Shown in pieces: positions 38,672 to 48,172 of a DNA stretch of 64,000 nucleotides (positions are counted from its first letter, which is position 1; the number at the start of each line of letters is the position of its first letter). The position numbers and the translations under genes were made by a program. The DNA is from Vulcanimicrobiota bacterium. GTDB taxonomy: Bacteria > Vulcanimicrobiota > Xenobia > Xenobiales > JADMJV01. A model generated the notes under the pieces. It was not told where the DNA came from. It ran no database searches and saw nothing but the letters and a program-made list of their open reading frames with translations. The stretch covers positions 1,576,008-1,640,007 of the forward strand of contig JBFWNU010000001.1 in assembly GCA_050250895.1 (NCBI GenBank), written 5' to 3'.

Positions 38672-39906
38672 AGTTGTGGGGGCTGCCGGCCGTCGGAGTC
38701 GGAATGATTCTCGTGATCAGCCTGCTGGGCATGGCCGAGACGGCCCTGACTCAGGTAGGTTTACACCGCGTCCAGCGGATGTTGGCGGGTGACCAGGGGG
38801 ACGAGGCGTTCACCCCTGAAGAGCAAGCTCGCCTGCTGACCACGCTCCTGATGCTGCGCTCGATCCTGATTTTGATGCTGGGTGCTCTGACCGCTCTGTG
38901 GGCGGTGCGCATCGTGCCCGGGCCGGCCTATCTGCTGGCTTGCCTTTGCCTGACCACTCTGGTGCTGGTGGGTATCGAAGTCTTGGGGCGTCGCTACGCC
39001 CGGGTTCACTCCGATGCTATTGTGGCTAAGACTTTGTCCTTGCTGCGCAAGGTCAACCTGCTGCTCTCGCCCCTGGTCAACTTGATCTTCTTGCTGACCA
39101 ATCCCTTGAGCCCTGGTGAAGACAAGCTGCCCCTGGCCAGCCTGCAGGACCTGCACGAAGAGATCCTCGAGCTGAAATCGCAGGGCTTGCTCGAAGAAGC
39201 CGACACCGAGATGATCGAGTCGCTTTTCGAACTGGGCGAGACCATCGCTCGGGAGGTGATGGTGCCGCGGGTGGACATGATCTGCGCCCAGGTCGGCACC
39301 TCGCTGGGCGACGTGGTGGCCCTGATGAAAGAGCACGGGTTCTCGCGGATTCCGGTCTATCAGGATTCGATCGACACCATCTTGGGCTTCGTCCACGTCA
39401 AGGACCTGCTCACCGATATCGAGAACTCGACTCGGCCGGTGACCCGCGAAGACCTGCGCGAGGTGCTGGTGGTCCCCGGCACCAAGAAGGTAGTCGAGAT
39501 TTTGCGCGAGTTGCAGTCCGAGAATCTGGCTCTGGCGGTGGTGCTGGATGAATACGGCGGCACGGACGGCCTGCTCACTCTCGAGGACATCGTGGAAGAG
39601 ATCGTGGGTGACATCAACGACGAGTATGATCAGGAAGTGGCCGATCTCGAGATGCAGTCGGATGGCTCGGCCATTGTCGACGCCAAGATGATTCTCGAGG
39701 ATGTCAACGAGAGCCTGGGTCTGGACATTCCCGTCGACGAGCACGAGACGCTGGGCGGGTTCGTCTATGGCCAGCTGGGGCGCGTCCCCAAACCCGACGA
39801 GACCATCGAATTGGAAGGTCTGCGACTGACCGTGGTCGACGTCAATCGTCGCCGCATTACCCGTGTCCGTGTCGAGCGACTGGGTATCGAGGAGAACGTA
39901 GCCTGA
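38665..39906 (+). CDS. Hemolysin-family CNNM-CBS-CorC protein
   Basis: AREVMVPR, FSRIPVY, VLDEYGGTDGLLTLEDIVEEIVGDI, TLGG. Confidence 0.92.
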   Translation: MLELWGLPAVGVGMILVISLLGMAETALTQVGLHRVQRMLAGDQGDEAFTPEEQARLLTTLLMLRSILILMLGALTALWAVRIVPGPAYLLACLCLTTLVLVGIEVLGRRYARVHSDAIVAKTLSLLRKVNLLLSPLVNLIFLLTNPLSPGEDKLPLASLQDLHEEILELKSQGLLEEADTEMIESLFELGETIAREVMVPRVDMICAQVGTSLGDVVALMKEHGFSRIPVYQDSIDTILGFVHVKDLLTDIENSTRPVTREDLREVLVVPGTKKVVEILRELQSENLALAVVLDEYGGTDGLLTLEDIVEEIVGDINDEYDQEVADLEMQSDGSAIVDAKMILEDVNESLGLDIPVDEHETLGGFVYGQLGRVPKPDETIELEGLRLTVVDVNRRRITRVRVERLGIEENVA

Positions 39907-39917
39907 GGCTGTGGCTG

Positions 39918-40931
39918 ATGGTGGTGGCGCTGTGGTGGGCGCTGCCGGCGGCCGCTCAACCTCTGGTCATCGAGGACCAGGCTTATACTGACGCGCTGCG
40001 ACGGTCCAGCGGTTGGACGGGGGCCGATGGGGCCTATTCGGTGCCCGTCAAAGGCGGAACGCTCTGGCTCTTTAGCGATACCTTCGAGAGTACCATAGGC
40101 CCGGGCGGCCAGCGGCTACCCGGCTGGCGGATGGTCCACAACAGTCTGGCCTTTCAGCCTGGGGCGGACCCGTCTGCGCTGCAGTTTTGGCTACCGCCTC
40201 AGGGGCACTCGTGGTTCGAGCCGCCCGACGGCAAGGGCTGGTTCTGGCTGCTCGACGGAGTCGAGAGTCAGCCGGGTCGAGTTTGGGTGTTCCTATCGGG
40301 CTTTGAGGCCACCGGGACGGGGTCCTTTGATTTCGTGGGTCGGGGAGGCTGGCTGGCCGAGCTGAGCCTGACGCCGTCGGGTCCGAAAGTCGAGCGATAC
40401 TTGCGACTCGACTTCGGGCCGGCCGTCTTTGGAGCGGCCATTCTCGCCGAAGGCGACGACCTCTATCTCTATGGAACCATCGACCACCGCGATCATCGCG
40501 AGCTGGTGCTGGGCCGCACCAGCCGGGATCCCAGCGCTCTTTCGCAGTGGCGCTTTGCCGGCCCATCGGGTTGGGTGAGCCGGCCCGAGCAAGCCCGGGT
40601 GCTGGTGGACGAGGTGTCTAACGAGTTCTCGGTCCACTTTCAGCACGGTTTTTACTGGCTGATCTACGAGAGTCGCGGTAAGATCTTTCGGCGCCACAGT
40701 CGCAAGCCAGAGGGTCCGTTTTCGGAGGCCGAACTGGTCTATCAGCCTCCCGAGGCCAGTCGGGCGGGCCTCTTTGCCTACAACGCCAAAGCTCACCCCG
40801 AGCTGTCCCCAGCCGAGGGTCTGCTGGTCTCTTACAACGTGAACACCTATGACAATGATCGCCACCTTCGAGACGGCTGGTTGTACCGGCCGCACTTCAT
40901 TCGCTTGATGCCGCAGTGGTTCTGGCCGTGA
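39918..40931 (+). CDS. Secreted DUF4185/DUF5005-like beta-propeller glycosidase-like protein
   Basis: Signal peptide; WTGADGAYS, WLFSDT, YNAKAHP, YRPHF. Confidence 0.7.
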   Translation: MVVALWWALPAAAQPLVIEDQAYTDALRRSSGWTGADGAYSVPVKGGTLWLFSDTFESTIGPGGQRLPGWRMVHNSLAFQPGADPSALQFWLPPQGHSWFEPPDGKGWFWLLDGVESQPGRVWVFLSGFEATGTGSFDFVGRGGWLAELSLTPSGPKVERYLRLDFGPAVFGAAILAEGDDLYLYGTIDHRDHRELVLGRTSRDPSALSQWRFAGPSGWVSRPEQARVLVDEVSNEFSVHFQHGFYWLIYESRGKIFRRHSRKPEGPFSEAELVYQPPEASRAGLFAYNAKAHPELSPAEGLLVSYNVNTYDNDRHLRDGWLYRPHFIRLMPQWFWP

Positions 40932-41866
40932 GGGTGGCCGTGGTGCGCCTGGACGCCCTGGGCGATACGCTGCTGTCGACTCCCGCTCTGGCCGCTCTCA
41001 AGGCGGCCCGCCCCGAGGTCGAGTTTCGCCTCTTTGCGTCCGCGGTGGGCGCGCCCATTCTCGAGCCTCTGGGCGAAGTGGTGGTAGTACCCCCTGACTG
41101 GTCGGCGGGTCGCCTGGCGGCAGCCATTCGGGCAGGGCAACCCCAGGCAGTGGCGGTTCTTACCGAAAAGCGGCGAGGACTGGCTGCGGCCTTTCGCTCC
41201 AAGGCTCCCATGCGGCTCGGCTTTGACCCGGGTCGAAGCCAGCCATTGAAGGCCGTCTGGTTGCGCCTGGCCCTGACCCATCGAATGGCTTATCCCAACA
41301 ACCTCGAACTCGATCCTGGGCTGCACGAAGTCGAGCGCTATCATCGCCTGTTGGCCCCCCTGGGTCCTCTGCCTGGGCCCGGCCCGCTCAATCTGGGCCG
41401 AACCTTCCCCCGGCAACCGGCCGGACCGGTCGGGCTGCAGTTGACGCCGAAGTGGTGCCTCGACGACTGGAGCCCTCAGTTGGTGCTGACTTTGCTCGAC
41501 CGGCTGCCCGAGCCGGCCCTGGTGCTTTATGGGCCGGGCGAACGCGAGTGGGCCGAGCAATTGCTAGGTGAGCATCCGGTCCAGCGGGCCTATCATCCCG
41601 ACCTGATGGACTATGCCGCGGCTGTGGCCGGCTGCTCGATGTTGCTAACGCCTGACACGGGAGCAGCTCACGTGGCGGCGGCCGTGGGCACGCCGGTGGT
41701 GGATGTCTTTCGCGAGGCTCACCATCAACACTGCGTGCGCCGCTGGCGCCCCTGGCAGGTGAACCACCGAGTCGTCCTCAAGCCAGCTTTCTCGCCCCCG
41801 GCGCTGGTCAAGTTGGTGGACGAGGTGTCCACCGCGCTGGCAGAACTCAGTGCTGAATGTCGATAG
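40928..41866 (+). CDS. Glycosyltransferase family 9 (heptosyltransferase-like)
   Basis: RLDALGDTLLSTP, HEVE, DTGAAHVAAAVGTP. Confidence 0.9.
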   Translation: MRVAVVRLDALGDTLLSTPALAALKAARPEVEFRLFASAVGAPILEPLGEVVVVPPDWSAGRLAAAIRAGQPQAVAVLTEKRRGLAAAFRSKAPMRLGFDPGRSQPLKAVWLRLALTHRMAYPNNLELDPGLHEVERYHRLLAPLGPLPGPGPLNLGRTFPRQPAGPVGLQLTPKWCLDDWSPQLVLTLLDRLPEPALVLYGPGEREWAEQLLGEHPVQRAYHPDLMDYAAAVAGCSMLLTPDTGAAHVAAAVGTPVVDVFREAHHQHCVRRWRPWQVNHRVVLKPAFSPPALVKLVDEVSTALAELSAECR

Positions 41867-43646
41867 CGATGTCGCCGATGATGAGGGTGTCCTCGTCTTG
41901 GAGCAGCTGAGGAATGTGGGTCGTCTGATCGGTCCACTTGACCCTGGCGCCGGTGTCGACGTAGTGCAGCGAACCATCGGTGCAGGTGGCTAGCAGACCG
42001 TCGTTGTGCGGACTGACGCTTGAAATGGCGGCCCCCAGGTCGAAGCGATAGGTGCGCCCGTTTTCGCGGGCTTGGGCCCAGACCAGGTCTCCGCTGGAAA
42101 AGCCCGCGGCCACATAGGGCTCGCCCTCGAGGTTGACCGTCTCGAGACTGGTCAGAAAGGCCCCCTCGGGCACGTGAATGGCCCGATTGGCCGTCTGGCC
42201 GGCCGGGGCCGCTATCACGATTTCGCGGGGGTTGGGGAGAACCTCCCACCCTTCCAGGCCCTGGAAGCGAAGCGATTTTTCACTGATAAGGCCGGGGCGG
42301 GCGGCCAAAGCCTGGCGCACGGCCGCGCCCGACGTAATCAGCTCTTCCACCACCTTGGGCAAATCCGAGCCGGCCAGGGCCAGATTGATGCCCCCGCCGA
42401 CCGCCACGGGCTTGCTGCCGACGGCCGTCACCAGGGGATTGGGCTGCTCCTTCCAGTTGATGATCTCGTGGAAAACCTCGTCGATCTGGGGGCCGCGCTC
42501 CCGACTCATCGAGGCCAGTCCAGGAAGCTGGCGAGAGTGCACCTCGGGCACTCCCAGGTTGTCGACCATCTCGACCAGAGAACCGAACTCGCGCTGATGT
42601 TCGACATCGAAGACCTTGTCCATGGTGAAGGCGAGCAGGCCTTTGTCGGTCCTGGCCACGGTCATGAACGGCCCACCCTCGGTCTGGAAGAGTTGGCGCG
42701 GCGGCTGGTCCGGGGCTAGTTCATAGACCCGGTGCGTCTGGTCATCGCGGGTGACGACCAGCATCGAGTCCGAGCCGTCGACATGCACCTGCTGAAGGTC
42801 GCGGCCTTCGAGGGTGAACAGTTCGCCGGCGGGCTGGCCCGGTGCGAGCCAGCGCAGGGTGAGGGTATCTCTCTGGTGAGACTCTTGCACCAGAAACTGA
42901 CCCTTTTCGTTGCTGAAAATCTGGTGGCTGCGGCCCTCATAGGGGTAGGACTCGACCTCGCCCGTGCGCGTGTTGACGCCGACCAGGGCCGTCTGGGTGC
43001 CGTGGTATTTGTTGGGCAAAGCCTCGAGACACCAGATCTTGTCACCCTCTTCGGCATACTGGTGTGAAGAGATGCGGTCGCTTTCGAAGAGGACCTTCTC
43101 GGCCTTGACCACGGCCAGATAGTCGGTGCGCTCGGCGATCACCGTCCCGGTGGCCGAAGCTTTCATTTCCAAGGGCAGAAAGGTCAGGGTGGCCGAGCTG
43201 GTCTGGTCGGGGTGCTGGGGGTCGAAGGTGGTGACCACCCCGTTGTTGTCCTCATTGCGGGTGTTGATGGCGAATCGCCCATCGGAGAGAGCGACCAGGG
43301 CCGACAGAAATTCGAGGCCTTTGGGGGCGATGCGGGCCACGCGTTCACCCGAGCTAGCCTTGATGACTTCGATGGCTTCGCCCGTCTTGAGGCAGACCTG
43401 GTCGGCCTCCTTCTGATACGACATCTCCCAGAATGTGCCGCCGACCGGCGTCTTGTAAAGTATCTCGCCTTTGGGATCAAAGCCCACCACGGCATCTTCG
43501 TAATAGTCGCGGGCCACGTAGTTGCCCGACTCGATGCGTTGCGGAGAAGCCAGACCGACGAGAGTCTGAGTGGAATTACCTGATTTGACGTGGTAGGCCC
43601 GTTGGGGCCAACCCGGGGTGGCGTGGGTTTTCATCCTGACCACCAT
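41847..43646 (-). CDS. Hypothetical beta-propeller-like protein
   Basis: 599-aa beta-rich ORF antisense within the envelope operon; C-terminus QDEDTLIIGDIAIDIQH. Confidence 0.7.
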   Translation of the reverse strand: MVVRMKTHATPGWPQRAYHVKSGNSTQTLVGLASPQRIESGNYVARDYYEDAVVGFDPKGEILYKTPVGGTFWEMSYQKEADQVCLKTGEAIEVIKASSGERVARIAPKGLEFLSALVALSDGRFAINTRNEDNNGVVTTFDPQHPDQTSSATLTFLPLEMKASATGTVIAERTDYLAVVKAEKVLFESDRISSHQYAEEGDKIWCLEALPNKYHGTQTALVGVNTRTGEVESYPYEGRSHQIFSNEKGQFLVQESHQRDTLTLRWLAPGQPAGELFTLEGRDLQQVHVDGSDSMLVVTRDDQTHRVYELAPDQPPRQLFQTEGGPFMTVARTDKGLLAFTMDKVFDVEHQREFGSLVEMVDNLGVPEVHSRQLPGLASMSRERGPQIDEVFHEIINWKEQPNPLVTAVGSKPVAVGGGINLALAGSDLPKVVEELITSGAAVRQALAARPGLISEKSLRFQGLEGWEVLPNPREIVIAAPAGQTANRAIHVPEGAFLTSLETVNLEGEPYVAAGFSSGDLVWAQARENGRTYRFDLGAAISSVSPHNDGLLATCTDGSLHYVDTGARVKWTDQTTHIPQLLQDEDTLIIGDIAIDIQH

Positions 43647-43716
43647 CCCAGAGCGAGCCCAAAAAGTGCTGAAAGAGAGAGGATCTCACCCAACCTACCT
43701 TCAAATGGCTGGCCCG

Positions 43717-44589
43717 ATGAAGTTCAGCATCGTGATACCGACCTTCAATCGCCGCGAGACGCTGGCGGAGGTCTTGCCGTCTCTGGCTCACCAGCAGTAT
43801 CCCACGGAAGACTACGAGATTCTGGTGTGTGACGCCGGCTCGACCGACGGGACCCTCGAGCTGCTCGAGGAGCTGGCCATACCCAATCTGCGCGTCTTGC
43901 CGGGTGGGGACAGCGGTCGCGGGGGCGCTCGCAATCGTGGTATTCGCGACGCCCGCGGCCAGATCGTGCTCTTTACCGATGCCGACATCATCGCCGACCC
44001 CAATCTGCTGGCCGAGCACGAGCGCTCCCACCGCCAGTTTCCGGGGGACCCGGTGGTGGGCTGCGAAATTCAGGTGGATAGCCTCGAGGAGTATTACGCC
44101 TATCGCCAGGATCCGTCCGCCCACGCCCGCCATCGCCCCGATCGGCGCACCTTGCCCTGGCACTATTTCCTGACCGGCAATGCCTCGGTAAACCGCGAGA
44201 CCCTGGTGGAAGTGGGCATGTTCGACGAGAACTTCACCGGCTATGGCCACGAGGACCTCGAGTTGGGCTACCGGTTGTTGGCCCGGGGCCTGACCATTCG
44301 CTATAACCCCCAGGCCATCAACTATCACTGGCATCCGGTGCCTTTCGACGAGCAGTGTCGCAAGATGCGCCTGGCCGGCGTTTCGACGGTGCGCTTCTAC
44401 AACAAGCACAAAGATTTGCGTATTCCCCTCATCATGGGCTGGAATCCCCTGTCCTTGTTGGTGCACGCCCTCATTGCCCGGGTGCCCACCCTCTATCGCT
44501 GGCTTGAGGCCCGCACCCCCGACTCGCATCTGGCCCGCGAGATCGTGCTGCAGTATCACTACCTTAGCGGTATCAAAGAAGCGCGGTGA
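43717..44589 (+). CDS. Glycosyltransferase family 2
   Basis: FSIVIPTFNR, DAGSTDGT, ARNRG, FTDAD, FDENFTGYGHEDLELGYRL. Confidence 0.93.
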   Translation: MKFSIVIPTFNRRETLAEVLPSLAHQQYPTEDYEILVCDAGSTDGTLELLEELAIPNLRVLPGGDSGRGGARNRGIRDARGQIVLFTDADIIADPNLLAEHERSHRQFPGDPVVGCEIQVDSLEEYYAYRQDPSAHARHRPDRRTLPWHYFLTGNASVNRETLVEVGMFDENFTGYGHEDLELGYRLLARGLTIRYNPQAINYHWHPVPFDEQCRKMRLAGVSTVRFYNKHKDLRIPLIMGWNPLSLLVHALIARVPTLYRWLEARTPDSHLAREIVLQYHYLSGIKEAR

Positions 44590-45521
44590 ATCCCCTCCCG
44601 CTGGCCCAGTTCGAGCGGGTGCTGGTGGTGCGCACCGACCATATCGGTGATCTGGTCTTGAGCACGCCTTTCTTGCGGGCGTTGCGTAACGGTCTGCCGC
44701 AGGCCCACATCACGGCCCGGGTGGCTCCTTATACGCAAGAGGTGCTGGCCTCGAGCGGGTTGGTCGATCGGATCGTCACCGAAACTCCCGCGGAAGAGTT
44801 TCAGCTGGCCGTTTGCCTGGCTCCCCGCAGCCACAGCTACAAGCTGACCTACGCCTCGAAGGCCCCGGTCAGGGTCGGTTATTACTATGCCGGCCGACCG
44901 CTGGTGGCGGTGGCCACGCGTCTTTGGCTGACCCATCGCGCTCGGGTGGTGGTCGATCCCGAAGGGGTGGTGGCCCACGAGATCGACCAGTTGGCCAGCC
45001 TGGCCAGCTTGATGGGTCTCGACTACGACCAGCGCGAGCTCGAGCTTGGCATCGAGCGCCCCCGGCCCGGTGCGAGCCTGGTGCTGCATCTGGGCACTCG
45101 CTGGTTCACGGGCGAATGGAAAGTCGAACACCTGGCCCAGTTGACCGACCGACTGGGCTCGGTCACGGTCACTCACGGTCCGGCCGAAGCTCGCCAGGCC
45201 GCCGAGTTGAAGGCCCTGAGGCCTGGGCTCGAAGTGATTGGCGGGTTGAGCTTTAAAGAGTGGGCCACCACGCTGGGAGCCGCCCAGGCGGTGGTCTCGT
45301 GCGACACCGGAGCCGTCCATGTGGCGGCGGCCATGGGTAGACCCGTGGTGGTGGCCTACGAGCCTGACGTGATGAAGCTGTGTTCGCAGCAGTGGGCTCC
45401 CTGGCGGGTCGAGCATCGGGCCTGCGCCAAGCTCGAGCCGGCCCTGGCCATTCCCAGGCTGGTGCAAGCGGTAGAGGAACTGGTGGGCAAGAAAAGAATG
45501 CAAGCAGACTCAGCACCTTGA
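44586..45521 (+). CDS. Glycosyltransferase family 9
   Basis: RTDHIGDLVLSTP, DTGAVHVAAAMGRP. Confidence 0.9.
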   Translation: MNPLPLAQFERVLVVRTDHIGDLVLSTPFLRALRNGLPQAHITARVAPYTQEVLASSGLVDRIVTETPAEEFQLAVCLAPRSHSYKLTYASKAPVRVGYYYAGRPLVAVATRLWLTHRARVVVDPEGVVAHEIDQLASLASLMGLDYDQRELELGIERPRPGASLVLHLGTRWFTGEWKVEHLAQLTDRLGSVTVTHGPAEARQAAELKALRPGLEVIGGLSFKEWATTLGAAQAVVSCDTGAVHVAAAMGRPVVVAYEPDVMKLCSQQWAPWRVEHRACAKLEPALAIPRLVQAVEELVGKKRMQADSAP

Positions 45522-45539
45522 GAGGAAATTAGGACATTC

Positions 45540-47336
45540 ATGCGGGCCGAACCCATGGGCAAAATGCGGCGCACCCATCGCTGCGACGAATTGCGCGAAA
45601 GCGACATCGGGCAGAAGGTGATCTTGATGGGGTGGGTCCACCGTCGTCGTGACCTCGGGGGGCTGATTTTTATCGACCTTCGCGACCGCTATGGCATTAC
45701 CCAGTGTGTCATCAATCCCGATGTGGGCAAGGCCTTCGAGAAAGCTGAGAGGATTCGTTCTGAGTTCGTGCTGGCTGTGGAGGGCACGGTCGAACGGCGT
45801 CCCGCCAAAACCGAGAACCCCAATCTGGCGACCGGCATGGTCGACGTCAAGGTCGAGGGGCTGCACATCCTCAATCCCTCGAAAGTGTTGCCGATTCAGG
45901 TCTCGGAAGAACAACAGGTGGTCGACCAGTCGACGCGCCTGACCTATCGCTATCTCGACCTGCGCCGGCCGGCCATGGCCAACAACATCATCCTGCGTCA
46001 CAAGCTGGCCAAGGCGGTGCGCGATTATCTTGACTCGGTCGATTTTCTCGAGATCGAGACCCCGATGCTGGTGCGCTCGACACCCGAAGGAGCGCGCGAC
46101 TACCTGGTGCCCAGTCGGGTCCATGCAGGTTGCTTTTACGCCCTGCCTCAATCTCCCCAGATTTTCAAGCAGTTGTTGATGGTGTCAGGCTTTGACCGCT
46201 ACTTTCAGATCGCTCGCTGTTTTCGCGATGAAGACTTGAGGGCCGATCGCCAGCCCGAGTTCACCCAGATCGACATGGAACTTTCCTTCGTGGGCCAAGA
46301 AGAGGTCTTCGCGGTGGTCGAGGGCATGCTGGCTCATACCTTCAAGACAGTGATGGGCGTCGAACTCGAGCTGCCCTTCCCCCGCATGCCTTATGCCGAC
46401 GCTATCGGCCGCTACGGCTCCGACAAACCCGACATGCGCTACGACCTCTCGTTTCATGACATGGCCGACCTGGCCGAGGGGACCGACTTCGGGGTCTTTC
46501 AGGCGGCCCTGCGCGAGGGGCACGCCGTCAAGGCGTTCTTCGTGCCCGGTCAGGGCGCAGCCTCGCGCAAGCTCCAGGACGAGTGGCAAGAGCTGGCTCG
46601 CGAGGCGGGTCTTCCCGGTCTGTTTTACGCTTCGCGCAAGCCCGAAGGCGGTTTCAAGTCCTCCTTGCTCAAGTTTCTGGGCGACGAGAAGATGGGCCGG
46701 CTTTTCGACCGGGTGGGCGCCGGTCCCGACGACCTGGTCGTCATGGCCGCCGGCCCTCACAAAGCTCTATGTCTCGGTTTGGGCAAGGTTCGAGTCGAGC
46801 TGGCCAAGCGTCTCAAGCTGGCCTCGGACGACTTCCGCTTTCACTGGGTGGTCGACTTTCCGCTGTTTCATTACAACGAAGAAGAAGACTGCCTCGAACC
46901 GGAGCATCACCCGTTCACTTCGGCCAATCCCGACGATGTCCATATGCTCGATAGCGACCCTCGCAAGGTGCGGGCGGCCGCCTATGACCTGGTCCTCAAC
47001 GGCAACGAGATGGCCTCGGGCAGCGTGCGTATCCATCAGCGCGAGATGCAAGAGAAGGTGCTCTCCTGCATCGGTCTTTCCATCGACGACGCTCGCCAGA
47101 AGTTCGGGTTTCTGTTGGATGCCTTCGAGTATGGGGCGCCTCCACACGCAGGCATCGCCCTGGGCTTTGACCGGCTGACGGCCATCTGCTGCGGCCAGGA
47201 CTCGATTCGCGAAGTGCTGGTCTTTCCCAAGAACGCCGGAGCCTTCGATCCGCTCACCAGGGCCCCGGTCGAAGTCAGCCAGGAGCAGCTCGATATTCTT
47301 CACCTCGACGTGCGCAAAGAACCCCCCACTAGCTAA
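45540..47336 (+). CDS. aspS: Aspartate-tRNA ligase
   Basis: GWVHRRRDLGG, PEGARDY, LPQSPQ, FRDEDLRADRQPEFTQ, PPHAGIALGFDR. Confidence 0.98.
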   Translation: MRAEPMGKMRRTHRCDELRESDIGQKVILMGWVHRRRDLGGLIFIDLRDRYGITQCVINPDVGKAFEKAERIRSEFVLAVEGTVERRPAKTENPNLATGMVDVKVEGLHILNPSKVLPIQVSEEQQVVDQSTRLTYRYLDLRRPAMANNIILRHKLAKAVRDYLDSVDFLEIETPMLVRSTPEGARDYLVPSRVHAGCFYALPQSPQIFKQLLMVSGFDRYFQIARCFRDEDLRADRQPEFTQIDMELSFVGQEEVFAVVEGMLAHTFKTVMGVELELPFPRMPYADAIGRYGSDKPDMRYDLSFHDMADLAEGTDFGVFQAALREGHAVKAFFVPGQGAASRKLQDEWQELAREAGLPGLFYASRKPEGGFKSSLLKFLGDEKMGRLFDRVGAGPDDLVVMAAGPHKALCLGLGKVRVELAKRLKLASDDFRFHWVVDFPLFHYNEEEDCLEPEHHPFTSANPDDVHMLDSDPRKVRAAAYDLVLNGNEMASGSVRIHQREMQEKVLSCIGLSIDDARQKFGFLLDAFEYGAPPHAGIALGFDRLTAICCGQDSIREVLVFPKNAGAFDPLTRAPVEVSQEQLDILHLDVRKEPPTS

Positions 47337-48172
47337 TGGAGCAGCTTCTCGAACTGGTCGGACCCCGGCCATTTCACATTCCCGCCGAGAGGGCCCGGAC
47401 GGCTGCCGCCCGGATGGGGCTGACGGTCGAGCAGCTAATGATGCGGCTGGTGCCCATCGCGATGCGTCACTCCATCTGCCCTATCTCTGGATTTCAGGTG
47501 GGGGCGGTCGGCCTGGGAGTGAGCGGTGATCTCTACATGGGCACCAACCTCGAGTTCCCTGGGATGGCTCTCAATCAGACGGTTCATGGTGAGCAGTTTC
47601 TGATCGCCCAGGCCCTGGGGGGCGGCGAGAAAGGCTTCCGCTGTCTGGCCGTGTCGGCCCCTCCCTGTGGCCATTGTCGGCAGTTTCTCAATGAGCTCGA
47701 CGGGGCTTCGCGGCTCGAGATTGTGTTGACCAACGGCCGCCAGTATTCTCTCCACTCGCTCTTGCCGCATTTCTTCGGACCCGAAGACCTGGGCGTACAC
47801 GGGGCCCTGCTCAACTCGCCTCCGGCCTTCATCGAACTGAAGGAAGATTCCGACGATCCTTTGGTGCTCGAGGCTGCCGAGGCCGCCCGGGCCAGCTATG
47901 CTCCCTATTCGAACTGCCCGGCCGGAGTGGCGCTGGCAGCCGACGGTAAGCTCTATCGGGGCAGCTATGCCGAGAACGTGGCCTTCAATCCCAGCCTCTC
48001 GCCCTTACAATCGGCCCTGACCAACCTGGTGGCCGATGGGGTCGCCTTCGAGGCCATCGAACGAGTCGTGCTGGTTCAAAAGGACTTGAGCGGGGCTTGC
48101 CAGGAGCAGACCACCAGGGCCCTGCTCCAGGGCTTGAAGCCCGGGGCCGAACTCAGGGTGATCAGAATCTGA
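47336..48172 (+). CDS. cdd: Cytidine deaminase, long homodimeric type
   Basis: HGEQ, PCGHCRQFLNEL, SYAPYS, ENVAFNPSLSPLQ. Confidence 0.93.
   Translation: MEQLLELVGPRPFHIPAERARTAAARMGLTVEQLMMRLVPIAMRHSICPISGFQVGAVGLGVSGDLYMGTNLEFPGMALNQTVHGEQFLIAQALGGGEKGFRCLAVSAPPCGHCRQFLNELDGASRLEIVLTNGRQYSLHSLLPHFFGPEDLGVHGALLNSPPAFIELKEDSDDPLVLEAAEAARASYAPYSNCPAGVALAADGKLYRGSYAENVAFNPSLSPLQSALTNLVADGVAFEAIERVVLVQKDLSGACQEQTTRALLQGLKPGAELRVIRI

Noticed and set aside
45540-47336. Non-discriminating AspRS
   Set aside because: RRRDLG rather than RRRDHG suggests the ordinary discriminating type; cannot be settled from sequence alone
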